Positions 11,901 through 20,516 of a DNA stretch of 64,000 bases are shown here, in pieces. The stretch is taken from the NCBI GenBank assembly GCA_040905465.1, contig JBBDRK010000049.1:160001-224000 (forward strand). Reading direction: 5' to 3'. Position 1 is the stretch's first letter; every line of letters begins with the position of its first letter. A program made the position numbers and the translations under genes. The notes below the pieces were generated by a model. The model searched no databases. It saw only the letters and a program-made list of their open reading frames with translations, and was not told the DNA's origin. The stretch comes from Trueperaceae bacterium. Lineage in GTDB: Bacteria; Deinococcota; Deinococci; Deinococcales; Trueperaceae.

Positions 11901-13275
11901 CATGCAGCAACAGGTGGGTGAATCGACACGGCTCCAGATCGCCAAGGAGGCCACGATCGAAGCAATCGACCTCCTCGGTGAGGAGAGCCTCACCGGCGTA
12001 GTGGTGTTCGATTCCGAGTCGACGGTCCTGGCCCCGATCCAGCCGGTCGAAAACAGGGACGCGATTGCGGCGGAGCTCGAGCTGCTCGGTCCTAGCGGCG
12101 GCACGGCGATCCAACCGGCTCTGGAGCAGGCCCTGGAGCAGATGCGCGGCGTCGATGCCTCGACGCGCCACGTGGTGCTGATGACCGACGGCCTGTCCCA
12201 ACAAGGGCAGTTCACGGCGGTCATGGAGGGCTTCGAAGCGGCGGAGACGACGGTCAGCAGCGTGGCGATCGGCAGCGGCGCGGACACCGCCCTGCTGCAG
12301 CAGATTGCCCGGGCCGGCGGCGGAACGTTCCACAGCACCACCGATTTCAGGGCTCTTCCCAGCATCCTCGCCCAGGAAGCGCTGCTGCTCTCGGGGACTC
12401 CGATCGAGGAGACCAGCTTCCAGCCGCAGTGGGCCGACCGGGGGGTAGAGTTCCTGGCGGCACTGCCGGAAGACTTGCCGCCGCTCCACGGTTACGTCCT
12501 GACGACCCCCAAGGGCGGGGCCGACGTTCACCTGTTGGCGCCCGACGACGACCCGGTCCTCGCTTCGTGGCGGCACGGCCTTGGCCGGGTGGTCGCGTTC
12601 ACATCTCACGGTGCAGGCTCCTGGAGTCGCGACTGGTTGTCGATGACGGAGTTCCCGCTCCTGTGGGCCCAGGCGGTACGCTGGACCCTTCCCCAGGTTG
12701 CCGGACCCGGCCTCACGCCGCGAGTGAGTTGGCGAGGCGACGAGGCGCAACTGCTCGTCGATGCAATCGACGCTCAGGGTCGACCGCTCTCCGAGCTGGC
12801 TGTCGAGGCGGAGATCGAGGCGCTGGAGGACTCGCAGGGCGATCGGCGGCTCGTGCTGCAAGAAACCGACCGGGGAAGGTATGAGGGCACTGTTGAACTG
12901 ACGAGCGAGGCGACCTACCGGCTGACGGCCCGGACGGTAAGCGACCCGTTCCAAACAGCCGAAGAGCTCGAGCCCGCCGTTTTGCTGTTTCGCGCCTCCT
13001 ACCCTGCCCGCTATGCATTCAGCCGCCAAGACGCGAGCGAACTCCTGGCCATCAGCGAGTCGACTGGTGGCCAGGTCCTCTTCTCGACCGAGGACCTGCC
13101 GGCAACCTCGTGGCGCTGGCGCTGGCAACCCCTGGAGGCGTGGCCGTTTTGGCTGCTCCTCGCGCTGACGCTGTTCATGCTCTCGCTGTTCTCCCGCTAC
13201 GCTCCCCGCTTCCGTCGCAAACCGCTTGGGAAGCGTTCCGCGGGCTCGCGGAGGTCTGCGGCCGAGGCGGGTTGA
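8920..13275 (+). CDS. Large membrane protein: BatA-like N-terminus, vWA domains and a glutamine amidotransferase-like domain
   Basis: ATGA overlap at 8920; NPWWLLL..LPVSSILLW..LLLQLLAL..LAQP (BatA); MIDAS DASASM and DRSGSM; TDG; GGGLLILGGENSFGPGGY; internal and C-terminal TM helices. Confidence 0.85.
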   Translation: MSIGNPWWLLLLGLALLVVVLHARRRRELPVSSILLWRHLASHGSSRPQRRFPPITPPLLLQLLALILLISALAQPYLRTTDSSPDHLVVVIDASASMHASDVSPSRLGAARAAGHDRLAALPTSARGTVIEAGANPVATSARLGAGNAAAQLERSAVSSGPIAGERAGGAGEGGAGPADWHAAARLAAGTIRPGERTLVLLLSDPSGVDAAGQALQAEIPDVEIVTREFAGSRVRNVGFADVRPEPLDLDGGHWSVTGEVVSAGAAGETTEMRVLFEPEGSEGALAWDTLELEPVDGEALEFELELELPGPGSLELRLPDDDLNVDNRARFILREGRVSARVLHVGPENPELQRALQAIDAVELFRAESLPADNAEYDLVIVDRTEVDRRPDTNVLWIAASRHRARPNAMLSEPDPSGWRSDHPLAASMDWSSLTVSAARDVGLLQGATVLLEARGAPLIQVRTVDEHTEVVLSFALRDSNWPSQLGFPLFVSNLVRTAQPALGRAVLSLDAFHPRESILAGGTGTREAAAASGPLDWPLWRWPVWRWLVLATFVVVVLEALIAGLASERYLRRQALGAGNPLAGRHRTTVALQAGAAALLLLALLSVSVPFPGRQAQTVLIVEDERFLTGEATEGREETGRSSLDFLDDDAATGAGIVRLGAPSTIVRDAGKRGRPTSAPAGVAGADLESAIDLAAGMLASGMLAAGTTASETQATGTQAAGARGGAEQGRIVIVGGALSTVGEASRSVPGLVASGITVDVLPPGGIPAGESLVEEVVAPERLHPSQTFRLEGIVFSESAQQASVTLYRDGEVLVEREVHLEAGRNRVETEADEEEAGTYLYEVEVDSQGDVFSENNRAGQMVRVLAPPSVLLVSPQAEWAELFADALLIQGVEAEINEPLAAPWNIEGWLEHDVVVLMNVPALDLHSTQQELLATWVTEHGGGLLILGGENSFGPGGYYQTPLEDLSPLSSQVPREAPAVAMLFVLDRSGSMQQQVGESTRLQIAKEATIEAIDLLGEESLTGVVVFDSESTVLAPIQPVENRDAIAAELELLGPSGGTAIQPALEQALEQMRGVDASTRHVVLMTDGLSQQGQFTAVMEGFEAAETTVSSVAIGSGADTALLQQIARAGGGTFHSTTDFRALPSILAQEALLLSGTPIEETSFQPQWADRGVEFLAALPEDLPPLHGYVLTTPKGGADVHLLAPDDDPVLASWRHGLGRVVAFTSHGAGSWSRDWLSMTEFPLLWAQAVRWTLPQVAGPGLTPRVSWRGDEAQLLVDAIDAQGRPLSELAVEAEIEALEDSQGDRRLVLQETDRGRYEGTVELTSEATYRLTARTVSDPFQTAEELEPAVLLFRASYPARYAFSRQDASELLAISESTGGQVLFSTEDLPATSWRWRWQPLEAWPFWLLLALTLFMLSLFSRYAPRFRRKPLGKRSAGSRRSAAEAG
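11011..11085 (+). repeat. Five degenerate 15-bp tandem repeats inside the vWA gene
   Basis: GCTGGAATGCTTGCC / TCGGGAATGCTTGCT / GCTGGAACGACTGCT / TCGGAAACGCAGGCC / ACTGGAACGCAAGCC. Confidence 0.75.
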
Positions 13276-13439
13276 CGGCAGTTTCGCCCCCGGCAGCCGG
13301 CTCACCTGAGAGGCACCAAGTGTGGAGGGTGCGGCACCGCTGTGCCCTGACCTCTCCGCTGCGCCGCCGCCCGAGCCACCGCCCGAGCGGAATTGTGTAC
13401 CGAAATGGAGGCTCGGGCCCGTTCCTTCGCCGCAGCAGG

Positions 13440-13451
13440 CGGTGCTACGAT
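13440..13451 (+). promoter_or_regulatory. Putative extended -10 element upstream of module 2
   Basis: CGGTGCTACGAT, 11/12 identical to 403-414, about 50 nt upstream of the ATG at 13501. Confidence 0.5.
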
Positions 13452-13500
13452 AAATCCACGGGGGCAACCATGCCCACATTTTGATCAATAGGAGTTTCGC

Positions 13501-14256
13501 ATGCGATTCGTTTTGTCGTCATCTGCCTTCCTGGTCCTGTCCCTGGCGCTCGTCGGCGCCCAGGAGGCCGGCGAAGCAACGGTGCAGGTTGCCGAAAGCG
13601 AGAGTTGGGGCAGCCACCTGACCAACGCCGAGGGTGCCAGCCTCTACCTCTACCTGGAAGACGAAGGCCTCGAGGGCGAGAGTGCCTGCGCCGAGAGTTG
13701 CACCAGGAACTGGCCGCCGCTGACGGTGGACGGCGAGCCCGTCGCCGGTGAAGGCGTGGACGCTGAACTGCTCGGCACCCTCACCCGTGACGACGGCTCG
13801 AGCCAGGTGACCTACGGCGGCTGGCCCCTCTACACTTACGCCCGTGATACCGAGCCGGGCCACACCAAGGGCCAGGGCCTGGGCCGGGTGTTCTTCCTGG
13901 TGTCGCCGGCGGGCGAGCAGGTAACCGAGGAGCTGGTCCAGGAAGCTCCCGAGCTGGATGAGGAAGTGATGGCCCAGTTGATGACCGAGGGCGAGCGCGC
14001 GTTCCGCAACAACTGCGTCGTATGCCATGGAGCTCAGGGCCAGGGCGCCATAGGGCCTCGCCTGGCAGGCAACTCGAACGTGGGCGGTACCGCGTTCCTG
14101 GTCCAGAGGATCATCATCGGCTTCGAGGCACACGGGATGCCACCGTTCGGACACCTCTCGGACGAGCAGATCGCAGCCATATCCACTTTCGTCCGCAACT
14201 CGTGGGGAAATGAGTTCGGTGCCGTCACTTCTGAGGAGGTGAGTAACCTGCGATAA
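13501..14256 (+). CDS. Second COG4315-cytochrome c fusion
   Basis: Signal peptide; CAESCTRNWPP, QVTYGGWPLYTYARD; CVVCH heme site; GMPPF; VRNSWGN; AGGAG RBS. Confidence 0.88.
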   Translation: MRFVLSSSAFLVLSLALVGAQEAGEATVQVAESESWGSHLTNAEGASLYLYLEDEGLEGESACAESCTRNWPPLTVDGEPVAGEGVDAELLGTLTRDDGSSQVTYGGWPLYTYARDTEPGHTKGQGLGRVFFLVSPAGEQVTEELVQEAPELDEEVMAQLMTEGERAFRNNCVVCHGAQGQGAIGPRLAGNSNVGGTAFLVQRIIIGFEAHGMPPFGHLSDEQIAAISTFVRNSWGNEFGAVTSEEVSNLR

Positions 14257-14346
14257 GCAACGGACGAACCGGTGTATCCCAAGTCCTCTCCCCCTACGAA
14301 CTTATTCCGCAACGTCTCCTACTCGAAAGGTTTGGTGGCTGTTCAC

Positions 14347-16155
14347 ATGACACACCCAACAACATTCGGAGCCGGCTGGCTCAACAGGCTCGCCCTCGCG
14401 TTCACGGCGGCGGTACTACTGACCGTCGGCGCCGGAGCGGCACTGGCGAACGAAGAGGTGCTCAACCTCCAGGACGATCACTCGATGTGGGTGATGCCCA
14501 ACCAGAACTACGCCGGCTGGAACTACAGCGAACTGGACCGCATCAACCGCCACAACGTTGACAACCTGCGCGTCGCCTGGGCGTTCCAGACGGGCGTGCT
14601 GGACTCGCACGAAGCGCAGCCGTTGGTCATAGGCTCTACGATGTACGTCCTGACTCCCAAGCCGAACACGCTATATGCCCTCGATCTCACACGGCAAGGC
14701 TTCATCAAGTGGTCGTTCGCTCCCGAGATGGATACGGAGCGAGCCGGCTCACTGGCCTGCTGTGGCGCCCAGACCCGCGGCATGATGTACGCCGAAGGCA
14801 AGATTCTCTTCAACACACTCGACGGACAGCTTTTCGCCGTAAACGCCAACGACGGCTCGGTGGCATGGGACACGCAGGTTGCCGATCTCGATCTCGGTGA
14901 GACGACCACGACCAACCCGTTGGTCGTCGGCGACAACGTCATCATCGGCAACGAAGGCGGCGAGCGCGGGGTTCGCGGCTGGGTGGCGGCATACGACCTC
15001 AACAGTGGCGAGCAGCAGTGGAAGTTCTACAGCACCGGACCCAACGAAGATATGGGGATCGGTGAGCGCTTCAACCCGTTCTACGCCGACGACCAGGTCG
15101 AGGAGCCGGGCGTACAGAGCTGGTACGAGGATTCCTGGGAGCACGGTGGCGGCACCAACTGGGGCTACTGGACCTACGACCAGGACACCAACCTCTTCTT
15201 CTATGGCACCAGCAACTGCGCCCCCTGGAACCCGGACTACCGCCGCGACCCGGCCACCGCGCCCGGATTCGACGAGTACGGCAACAAGTACTGCGCCTCG
15301 CTTCTCGCCCGCGACGCAACCAGCGGCGAGCTGGTGTGGGCGTACTCGGTCACGCCGCAGGATCAGTGGGACTTCGACGAGCCCGGCCAGAACTTCCTGG
15401 TGGATCTCGAGATGGACGGTGAGATGCGCAAGACGCTCGTCAAGCCCGCCCGCAACGGTTTCTTCTACGTGTTCGACCGCGAGACCGGCGAGATCCTCAA
15501 CGAGCCGTTCACCTACACCAGCGTCAACTGGGCCTCTAGCATCGACCTCGACACCGGCCGGCCCGTCTTCAATGAGGAAACGATCGCCTACACGGACGTC
15601 GAGATCCCGATCTGCCCCTTCATCGCCGGCAACAACTGGTTCAACGACGCCTACTCGCCGCGCACCGGCTTGGTTTACTTCGCTGCTGAGAACCGCTGCT
15701 CTTCACTCACGCCGATCGAGGGCGAATTCACCGCCGGCGAGAACTACATCCTCATGAAATTCGGCCAGAGTCACGCGGGACCAGGCGGATACCTCGGCGA
15801 ACTTCAGGCATGGGATCCGGTAACCGGCGAGAAGGCCTGGGGTATCAAGACCCAGACCTCGCGCAACGCCTTCCCGGTGCTCGCCACCGCCGGCGACCTG
15901 ATCTTCCAGGGGACCGACAAGGGTGAACTGAGGGCCGTTGACGCCCGCAACGGACAGGTTCTGTGGTCGTTCCGTACCGGCAGCAACTTCCGCAACTCGC
16001 CGATCAGCTATGTCGGGCCCGACGGCAAGCAGTACCTCGCGGTCATCTCCAGCCAGGCGCCACGAGATCCGGAGATCGGTGAAGACACCGAGCCGGAGGC
16101 GGAGGGTCGCTACCGACGCGCAGGCTCGACGCTCTACGTGTTCAGTCTGCCTTGA
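14347..16155 (+). CDS. XoxF-like PQQ-dependent alcohol/methanol dehydrogenase, predicted lanthanide-binding (start uncertain, 14272-14347)
   Basis: VAWAFQTGVLDSHEAQPLVIGSTMYV; vicinal CC at 14758-14763; GGERGVRG (Glu ligand); GGGTNWG; YGTSN (Asn ligand); WDFD at 15367-15378; RNGF; GKQYLAV. Confidence 0.9.
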   Translation: MTHPTTFGAGWLNRLALAFTAAVLLTVGAGAALANEEVLNLQDDHSMWVMPNQNYAGWNYSELDRINRHNVDNLRVAWAFQTGVLDSHEAQPLVIGSTMYVLTPKPNTLYALDLTRQGFIKWSFAPEMDTERAGSLACCGAQTRGMMYAEGKILFNTLDGQLFAVNANDGSVAWDTQVADLDLGETTTTNPLVVGDNVIIGNEGGERGVRGWVAAYDLNSGEQQWKFYSTGPNEDMGIGERFNPFYADDQVEEPGVQSWYEDSWEHGGGTNWGYWTYDQDTNLFFYGTSNCAPWNPDYRRDPATAPGFDEYGNKYCASLLARDATSGELVWAYSVTPQDQWDFDEPGQNFLVDLEMDGEMRKTLVKPARNGFFYVFDRETGEILNEPFTYTSVNWASSIDLDTGRPVFNEETIAYTDVEIPICPFIAGNNWFNDAYSPRTGLVYFAAENRCSSLTPIEGEFTAGENYILMKFGQSHAGPGGYLGELQAWDPVTGEKAWGIKTQTSRNAFPVLATAGDLIFQGTDKGELRAVDARNGQVLWSFRTGSNFRNSPISYVGPDGKQYLAVISSQAPRDPEIGEDTEPEAEGRYRRAGSTLYVFSLP

Positions 16156-16200
16156 TCGAACTTTTGCCGTTTCCCGCTGAATAGGAAAGCCAGCCAAAGG

Positions 16201-16239
16201 CGGGGGGAGAGCGGTCATTCGCTCTCCCCCCGTTTTCTT
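16201..16239 (+). terminator. Rho-independent terminator/attenuating hairpin after PQQ dehydrogenase 2
   Basis: CGGGGGGAGAGCG / CGCTCTCCCCCCG 13-bp stem followed by TTTTCTT. Confidence 0.85.
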
Positions 16240-16340
16240 CTCACCGCCACTATGGACAGGACCGAACGGAACCGGTCCGGCGGCCGCCCAGCTGATGACG
16301 TCGCCGCCAGTGCGGGCTACGACGGAAAGGAACGTCAATC

Positions 16341-18398
16341 ATGACCAGGGGGATGAGGCGAGGCCTCGCTCGAGCCCTACCCACAATCGCCTGCGCGCTG
16401 GCGCTGAGCTTGTCTTTCGCGGGCCTTGCAGCCGACGGCGACTGGGAGATGCGCGTCTGCGCTGACCCCGACGGCATGCCGTTCTCGAATCGAGACCTTG
16501 AAGGTTACGAGAACCGTATCGCCGCCGTCCTGGCCGAGGAGCTCGGCGCCACGCTCACATATGACTGGTTCACCCAGGGGCCCGACATGGTCAACTTTCA
16601 CCTGCGGGAGGGCCAGTGCGACCTGATCATCGGTGTTCCCGACGGATACGAGGACCTGCTCACAACCGTCGCCTATTACCGCAGCCCCTACGTCTTCCTC
16701 TACCCCACCGACTCGGAGCACAAGGTGACGTCGCTGGACGACCCGGCTTTGGCGGAGATGCGCATCGGCGTGCAGGCGGTAGGAATACCGCCTCATCAGG
16801 GCCTGATCAACCGCGGACTGGGCCACACCGTGGTCCGCCGCTTCGCCGGGCCCGGCCTCACCAACGCGGCCGCCTCCTTCGAACAGGTAGTCGACGCCCT
16901 TGCCAACGAAGAGATCGACGTGGGTATCGCCTGGGGACCGGTGGCGGGCTACGTGGCCGAGCGCTCCGACGTCGACCTGGAAATCACGCCGGTTACGCCC
17001 GAGTTCGAGCCCCCCTTCCTGACAATGGTGTTCGCCATGGCGATCGGAATGCGACCCGGCGATGAGTCTTTTCGCGATCGCCTGGACGTGGCCCTGGTGA
17101 ATCGCTGGCAGGAGATTCAGGCGATCCTCGGTGACTACGGCGTTCCGACCGCTCCCCTTCCGACGCCTACTCTCCCCGCCGATGAACCAAGCGGAACCGT
17201 CGTTCGAGTAGGGGTCGTTATCCCCGGAACAACGGGGCACAGCAGGATTCGCGCCTCGATCAACGACCTGGTGGGCGACGCTGCCCGCATGGGCGCCCTG
17301 ATGGCTGAGAGCGACATAGCCAACCTCGAAGCCGTCGAAAACACTTTGAAGGTGCTGCCCGCCAGTTCACCGAGCGCCGAGGCCGCCTTCCGGGCTGCCG
17401 AGAGACTGGTGGCAACCGAGGAGGTGACTGCGATTGTCGGGGGCCTGGGCGATGGTCAGGCCGAGAGGCTCTCCGAAGCGTTGGCGGCTGGGGAGGTCCT
17501 GTTCTTTAATATCGGCTCCCCGTCGATGGCGTTGCGCGAGCTCTGCAATCCCGCCACCTTTCACATCGAGCCTAGCGCGGCAATGTACCTCGATGCCCTG
17601 GCCGAGTGGTATTCGGAACGAGGGATGGAAAGCTGGTTCGTAGTCCACGAGGACAACCCCGCGGGAGAGGCGCTGCGTGAGCGTGCCGTTCGGGCGATAG
17701 AGAGTCACGGCGGCGGAGAGCTGGCCGGAACCGCCGCAACGACCATCGAACAACCGGTCTACTCGGCCGAGATCAGCGAACTCGAAGTCTCCGGTGCGGA
17801 CGTGGTGCTGTTGCTTCTGGGTCCGGCCGATCAGATAGCCTTCGTATCGCAACAACAGTCGTTCGCCAGCGGCGCTATCGTCGCGATGTACCCGCATCCG
17901 ATCACCCAGACGCGCGATTTTATCGCGGCAACCAGCGACGCGGCCAGGGACGGAGGGGCCGACCAGCGAATGATGTCTTGGGAGACCACTCTCGAGGAAG
18001 GCGCGATGGGTGTGCTCAACGAGCGCTATACCTCGCGCTGGGGTCAGCCGATGGACACGCCTGCCTGGAGCAGCTACCAGGCTATCCGCATCGTCGATCA
18101 GGCCGTTCGCGACTCCGATAGCGACGATTCGGCAGCACTCGTCGCGTACCTCGAATCTCCGGATACGTCGTTCGAGGCGAAAGGGCTCGAGCTGTCGTTC
18201 CGGCCATGGGACCACCAGCTGGGTCAACCGCTGTACGTGGTCGACGTGAATCCCGACGCTCAGTGGGGAACTAACCTCTCGCAGATGGTGGCGTTCGCCG
18301 AATTGGCGGGAACGGTGCCGAGCGAGCTGGGGGATGGGGCACGGGAACGTCTGCTGGCGTTGGGCGACGACGAGGAAGCGTTGGCTTGCCGACGATGA
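16341..18398 (+). CDS. Second MoxJ/XoxJ-LivK double binding-protein fusion
   Basis: WEMRVCADPDGMPFSNRDLEGYENRIA, CDLIIGV, AIGMRPGD, CNPATFHIEPSAAMYLDAL, FRPWDHQL; colinear with 3324..5387. Confidence 0.88.
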   Translation: MTRGMRRGLARALPTIACALALSLSFAGLAADGDWEMRVCADPDGMPFSNRDLEGYENRIAAVLAEELGATLTYDWFTQGPDMVNFHLREGQCDLIIGVPDGYEDLLTTVAYYRSPYVFLYPTDSEHKVTSLDDPALAEMRIGVQAVGIPPHQGLINRGLGHTVVRRFAGPGLTNAAASFEQVVDALANEEIDVGIAWGPVAGYVAERSDVDLEITPVTPEFEPPFLTMVFAMAIGMRPGDESFRDRLDVALVNRWQEIQAILGDYGVPTAPLPTPTLPADEPSGTVVRVGVVIPGTTGHSRIRASINDLVGDAARMGALMAESDIANLEAVENTLKVLPASSPSAEAAFRAAERLVATEEVTAIVGGLGDGQAERLSEALAAGEVLFFNIGSPSMALRELCNPATFHIEPSAAMYLDALAEWYSERGMESWFVVHEDNPAGEALRERAVRAIESHGGGELAGTAATTIEQPVYSAEISELEVSGADVVLLLLGPADQIAFVSQQQSFASGAIVAMYPHPITQTRDFIAATSDAARDGGADQRMMSWETTLEEGAMGVLNERYTSRWGQPMDTPAWSSYQAIRIVDQAVRDSDSDDSAALVAYLESPDTSFEAKGLELSFRPWDHQLGQPLYVVDVNPDAQWGTNLSQMVAFAELAGTVPSELGDGARERLLALGDDEEALACRR

Positions 18399-18537
18399 TG
18401 GCCCGCGTCGCGCGGATCGCTGAGGGCCACCGCACTTTTCCCGGGGTCACGGTTACATGAGGTGATCGGGCTTACCGTGAATCGATGACCGGTCCGCCGG
18501 GCCGGTGATTCGATCGACGCGAACAGGGGGAGCAGAA

Positions 18538-19599
18538 ATGGCGTATTGGAGAATTTTACTGGCCGTAATCACGCTTCTGTGGGCGGCGCCGGCATTGGCG
18601 CAAGGTAGCGCAGACGGCGGCGACGACAACGGAAGCGCAGCGGGCGAAAGCGCCGCTGGGCAAAGCGAGGACGGTGCGGCCGCCGGTGACGATGCGGTTG
18701 GCGACGATGCGGTTGGCGACGACGCTGCTGGCGATGACGCGGCCGGCGACGAAGGTGCTGTCGGTGACGACGGGGCCGAGGGCGACGATGGCGCAGCCGG
18801 CGATGACGCCGCAGTCGGTGACGATGGGGCCGAGGGTGAGGACGCCGAGGCCGCCGCCGAGGAGCCGCAGGTGCAGCGCTGGACGTTCGAAGCGTTCGAC
18901 GCCGATGGCGACAGCAGCTTGACGGTAGGGGAGTTCGGGACCGGTCTGTTCGAACTGGTGGTAGGCGACGGTGAGGGTCTCGGCCCGGACCAGTACGAGC
19001 ACGCGGCACAGGCGTTCGGGGTCGAAGCTCAGGAGGTCGACTTCGAAACCGCCGACGTGAACCAAGACGGCATAGTGACCGATGACCAGGAGTTCATTCC
19101 TGCCGTGGCGACCCGCGTGTTCGAGAACTGGGACGCGGACGGCGACAATGCTCTGAGCGCCGAAGAGTATCGCACCAACATGTTCTCTACCTTCGATGCC
19201 GACGCTGACGGCACCGTGAGCGCCGACGAGTTCGAGCCGTTTGCCGCCTGGTTCGACACCGGCTTCGAAGAGGTCGCCGGCGGGGGCGCTGGCGGCTTTA
19301 CCGAGGACTTCTTCATGGAGGACGGCTTCGGCGCGGGCGACGGCGCGGGCGACGGCGCCGATGAAGGCGCTGCCGACGACGTAGAGACGCCTGCGACTGA
19401 AGACGACGATGCGGATACAGAAGACGCAGACATGGAAGACACCGACACAGAAGACGCGGAAACAGACGACGCGGACACCGAGGGCGCCGGTGAAGATGGT
19501 GCCGGCACGGACGACACGGATGACGACACGAATGACGGCACAGAGGACGGCGACGTAGGAGGCGGCGGCGAAGCCGACGATGCCGGCAGCGACTACTGA
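18538..19599 (+). CDS. Secreted, highly acidic multi-EF-hand protein
   Basis: Signal peptide ending PALA; EF loops DADGDSSLTVGE, DVNQDGIVTDDQE, DADGDNALSAEE, DADADGTVSADE; Asp/Gly/Ala repeat tracts on both sides. Confidence 0.85.
   Translation: MAYWRILLAVITLLWAAPALAQGSADGGDDNGSAAGESAAGQSEDGAAAGDDAVGDDAVGDDAAGDDAAGDEGAVGDDGAEGDDGAAGDDAAVGDDGAEGEDAEAAAEEPQVQRWTFEAFDADGDSSLTVGEFGTGLFELVVGDGEGLGPDQYEHAAQAFGVEAQEVDFETADVNQDGIVTDDQEFIPAVATRVFENWDADGDNALSAEEYRTNMFSTFDADADGTVSADEFEPFAAWFDTGFEEVAGGGAGGFTEDFFMEDGFGAGDGAGDGADEGAADDVETPATEDDDADTEDADMEDTDTEDAETDDADTEGAGEDGAGTDDTDDDTNDGTEDGDVGGGGEADDAGSDY
18685..18849 (+). repeat. 15/18-bp coding tandem repeats (GDDAV, GDDAA, GDDGAE)
   Basis: GGTGACGATGCGGTT GGCGACGATGCGGTT GGCGACGACGCTGCT GGCGATGACGCGGCC, then 18-bp variants. 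Confidence 0.85.
19408..19482 (+). repeat. Five 15-bp coding repeats (DADTE-like)
   Basis: DADTE DADME DTDTE DAETD DADTE in frame. Confidence 0.8.
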
Positions 19600-19677
19600 G
19601 ACGACTACCGCTCGATCGGTGAGCTCGCCGAGCTCATAACGGGTGCAACCGGCAGAAACCAATGGAAGCTCGATCGT

Positions 19678-19720
19678 AACGGGGGTCAGGCGCCGCAGAA
19701 CGGGGGCGCCTGACCCCGTT
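19678..19720. terminator. Hairpin between convergent genes
   Basis: AACGGGGGTCAGGCGCC ... GGCGCCTGACCCCGTT inverted repeat. Confidence 0.75.
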
Positions 19721-19800
19721 CACTCACTGAGGCCGCCCGTTCTCAGTGCCGTGCCCCGACCATTGCCAGTCCGCGCGCGGAAACCGCGCTAGCGGACGGC

Positions 19801-20463
19801 TCAGTTCACCCTGAACACCGAAAACGTGCGCGAGACCTCATCGAAGATCCCGTAACTGCTCCCGGGCGTTCGGTCGCGGGGGAGGCTCACCGAACCCGGA
19901 TTGAGAAACGCCTGGACGCCCGGTTCGAGGCGCAACGTTCCTTGCCCTTCGCGAAACGGCCGCACGCCCCACGCACCATCCGGCTCCCGCAGGAACGCTC
20001 CCGGCACATGTGTATGACCAACGAAGTAGACGTCCCGCTTCATGTGACTGGCGTTCGACCTCGCCACCGGCACGCTAATGAGGTACTCGAAACGGGTGCG
20101 CAGCGCACCGTGGACAGCAGCCCAGTCATCGTCCAGATACTCGGGCTGCAGCCGGTCGAGGAACTCCAAATCGTCGGGCCCGAGCTCGCGCAGATGGGAG
20201 GCCAGGATGTCGTTGATCCGGTCGGCGGCGTTCGGCGCACGACCCTGGCGCAGGATGTCGAGCATCGCTTCGTGATTGCCGCTGAGCGCGGCCCGAAAGT
20301 CCAGCGTTCGCAACCTGGCTACGGCAGCCGCCGGCTCGCTGCCGTAGCCGATGGCGTCTCCCAGGAAAACGACCTGGTCCCAGCCACGCTCGGCGGCATC
20401 GGCCAAGACCGTGTCGAGACTCCGTGCATCGGCGTGGACGTCGGAGATGACCAGAAGGCGCAC
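19801..20463 (-). CDS. Calcineurin-like metallophosphoesterase
   Basis: SDVHAD, LGDAIGYG, GNHE, VHG, GHTH, NPGSV motifs; GTG start inferred at 20463. Confidence 0.9.
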   Translation of the reverse strand: MRLLVISDVHADARSLDTVLADAAERGWDQVVFLGDAIGYGSEPAAAVARLRTLDFRAALSGNHEAMLDILRQGRAPNAADRINDILASHLRELGPDDLEFLDRLQPEYLDDDWAAVHGALRTRFEYLISVPVARSNASHMKRDVYFVGHTHVPGAFLREPDGAWGVRPFREGQGTLRLEPGVQAFLNPGSVSLPRDRTPGSSYGIFDEVSRTFSVFRVN

Positions 20464-20516
20464 GCCTTCATCTTGGCACGAGTGGGCGAATCGGGGACCG
20501 AGCCGGCCACCTGGGC

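Noticed and set aside
14347-16155. Assigning xoxF or mxaF and inferring methylotrophy
   Set aside because: Active-site flanks diverge, there is no mxaI or C1 pathway gene in the window, and the clade cannot be fixed without a tree.
18685-19482. CRISPR-like or non-coding repeat array
   Set aside because: The repeats are in-frame, degenerate at wobble positions, have no unique spacers and no cas genes nearby.
18538-19599. Calling the EF-hand protein lanmodulin (lanM)
   Set aside because: It lacks the position-2 proline of lanmodulin loops and is much larger; kept only as a possible analogue.
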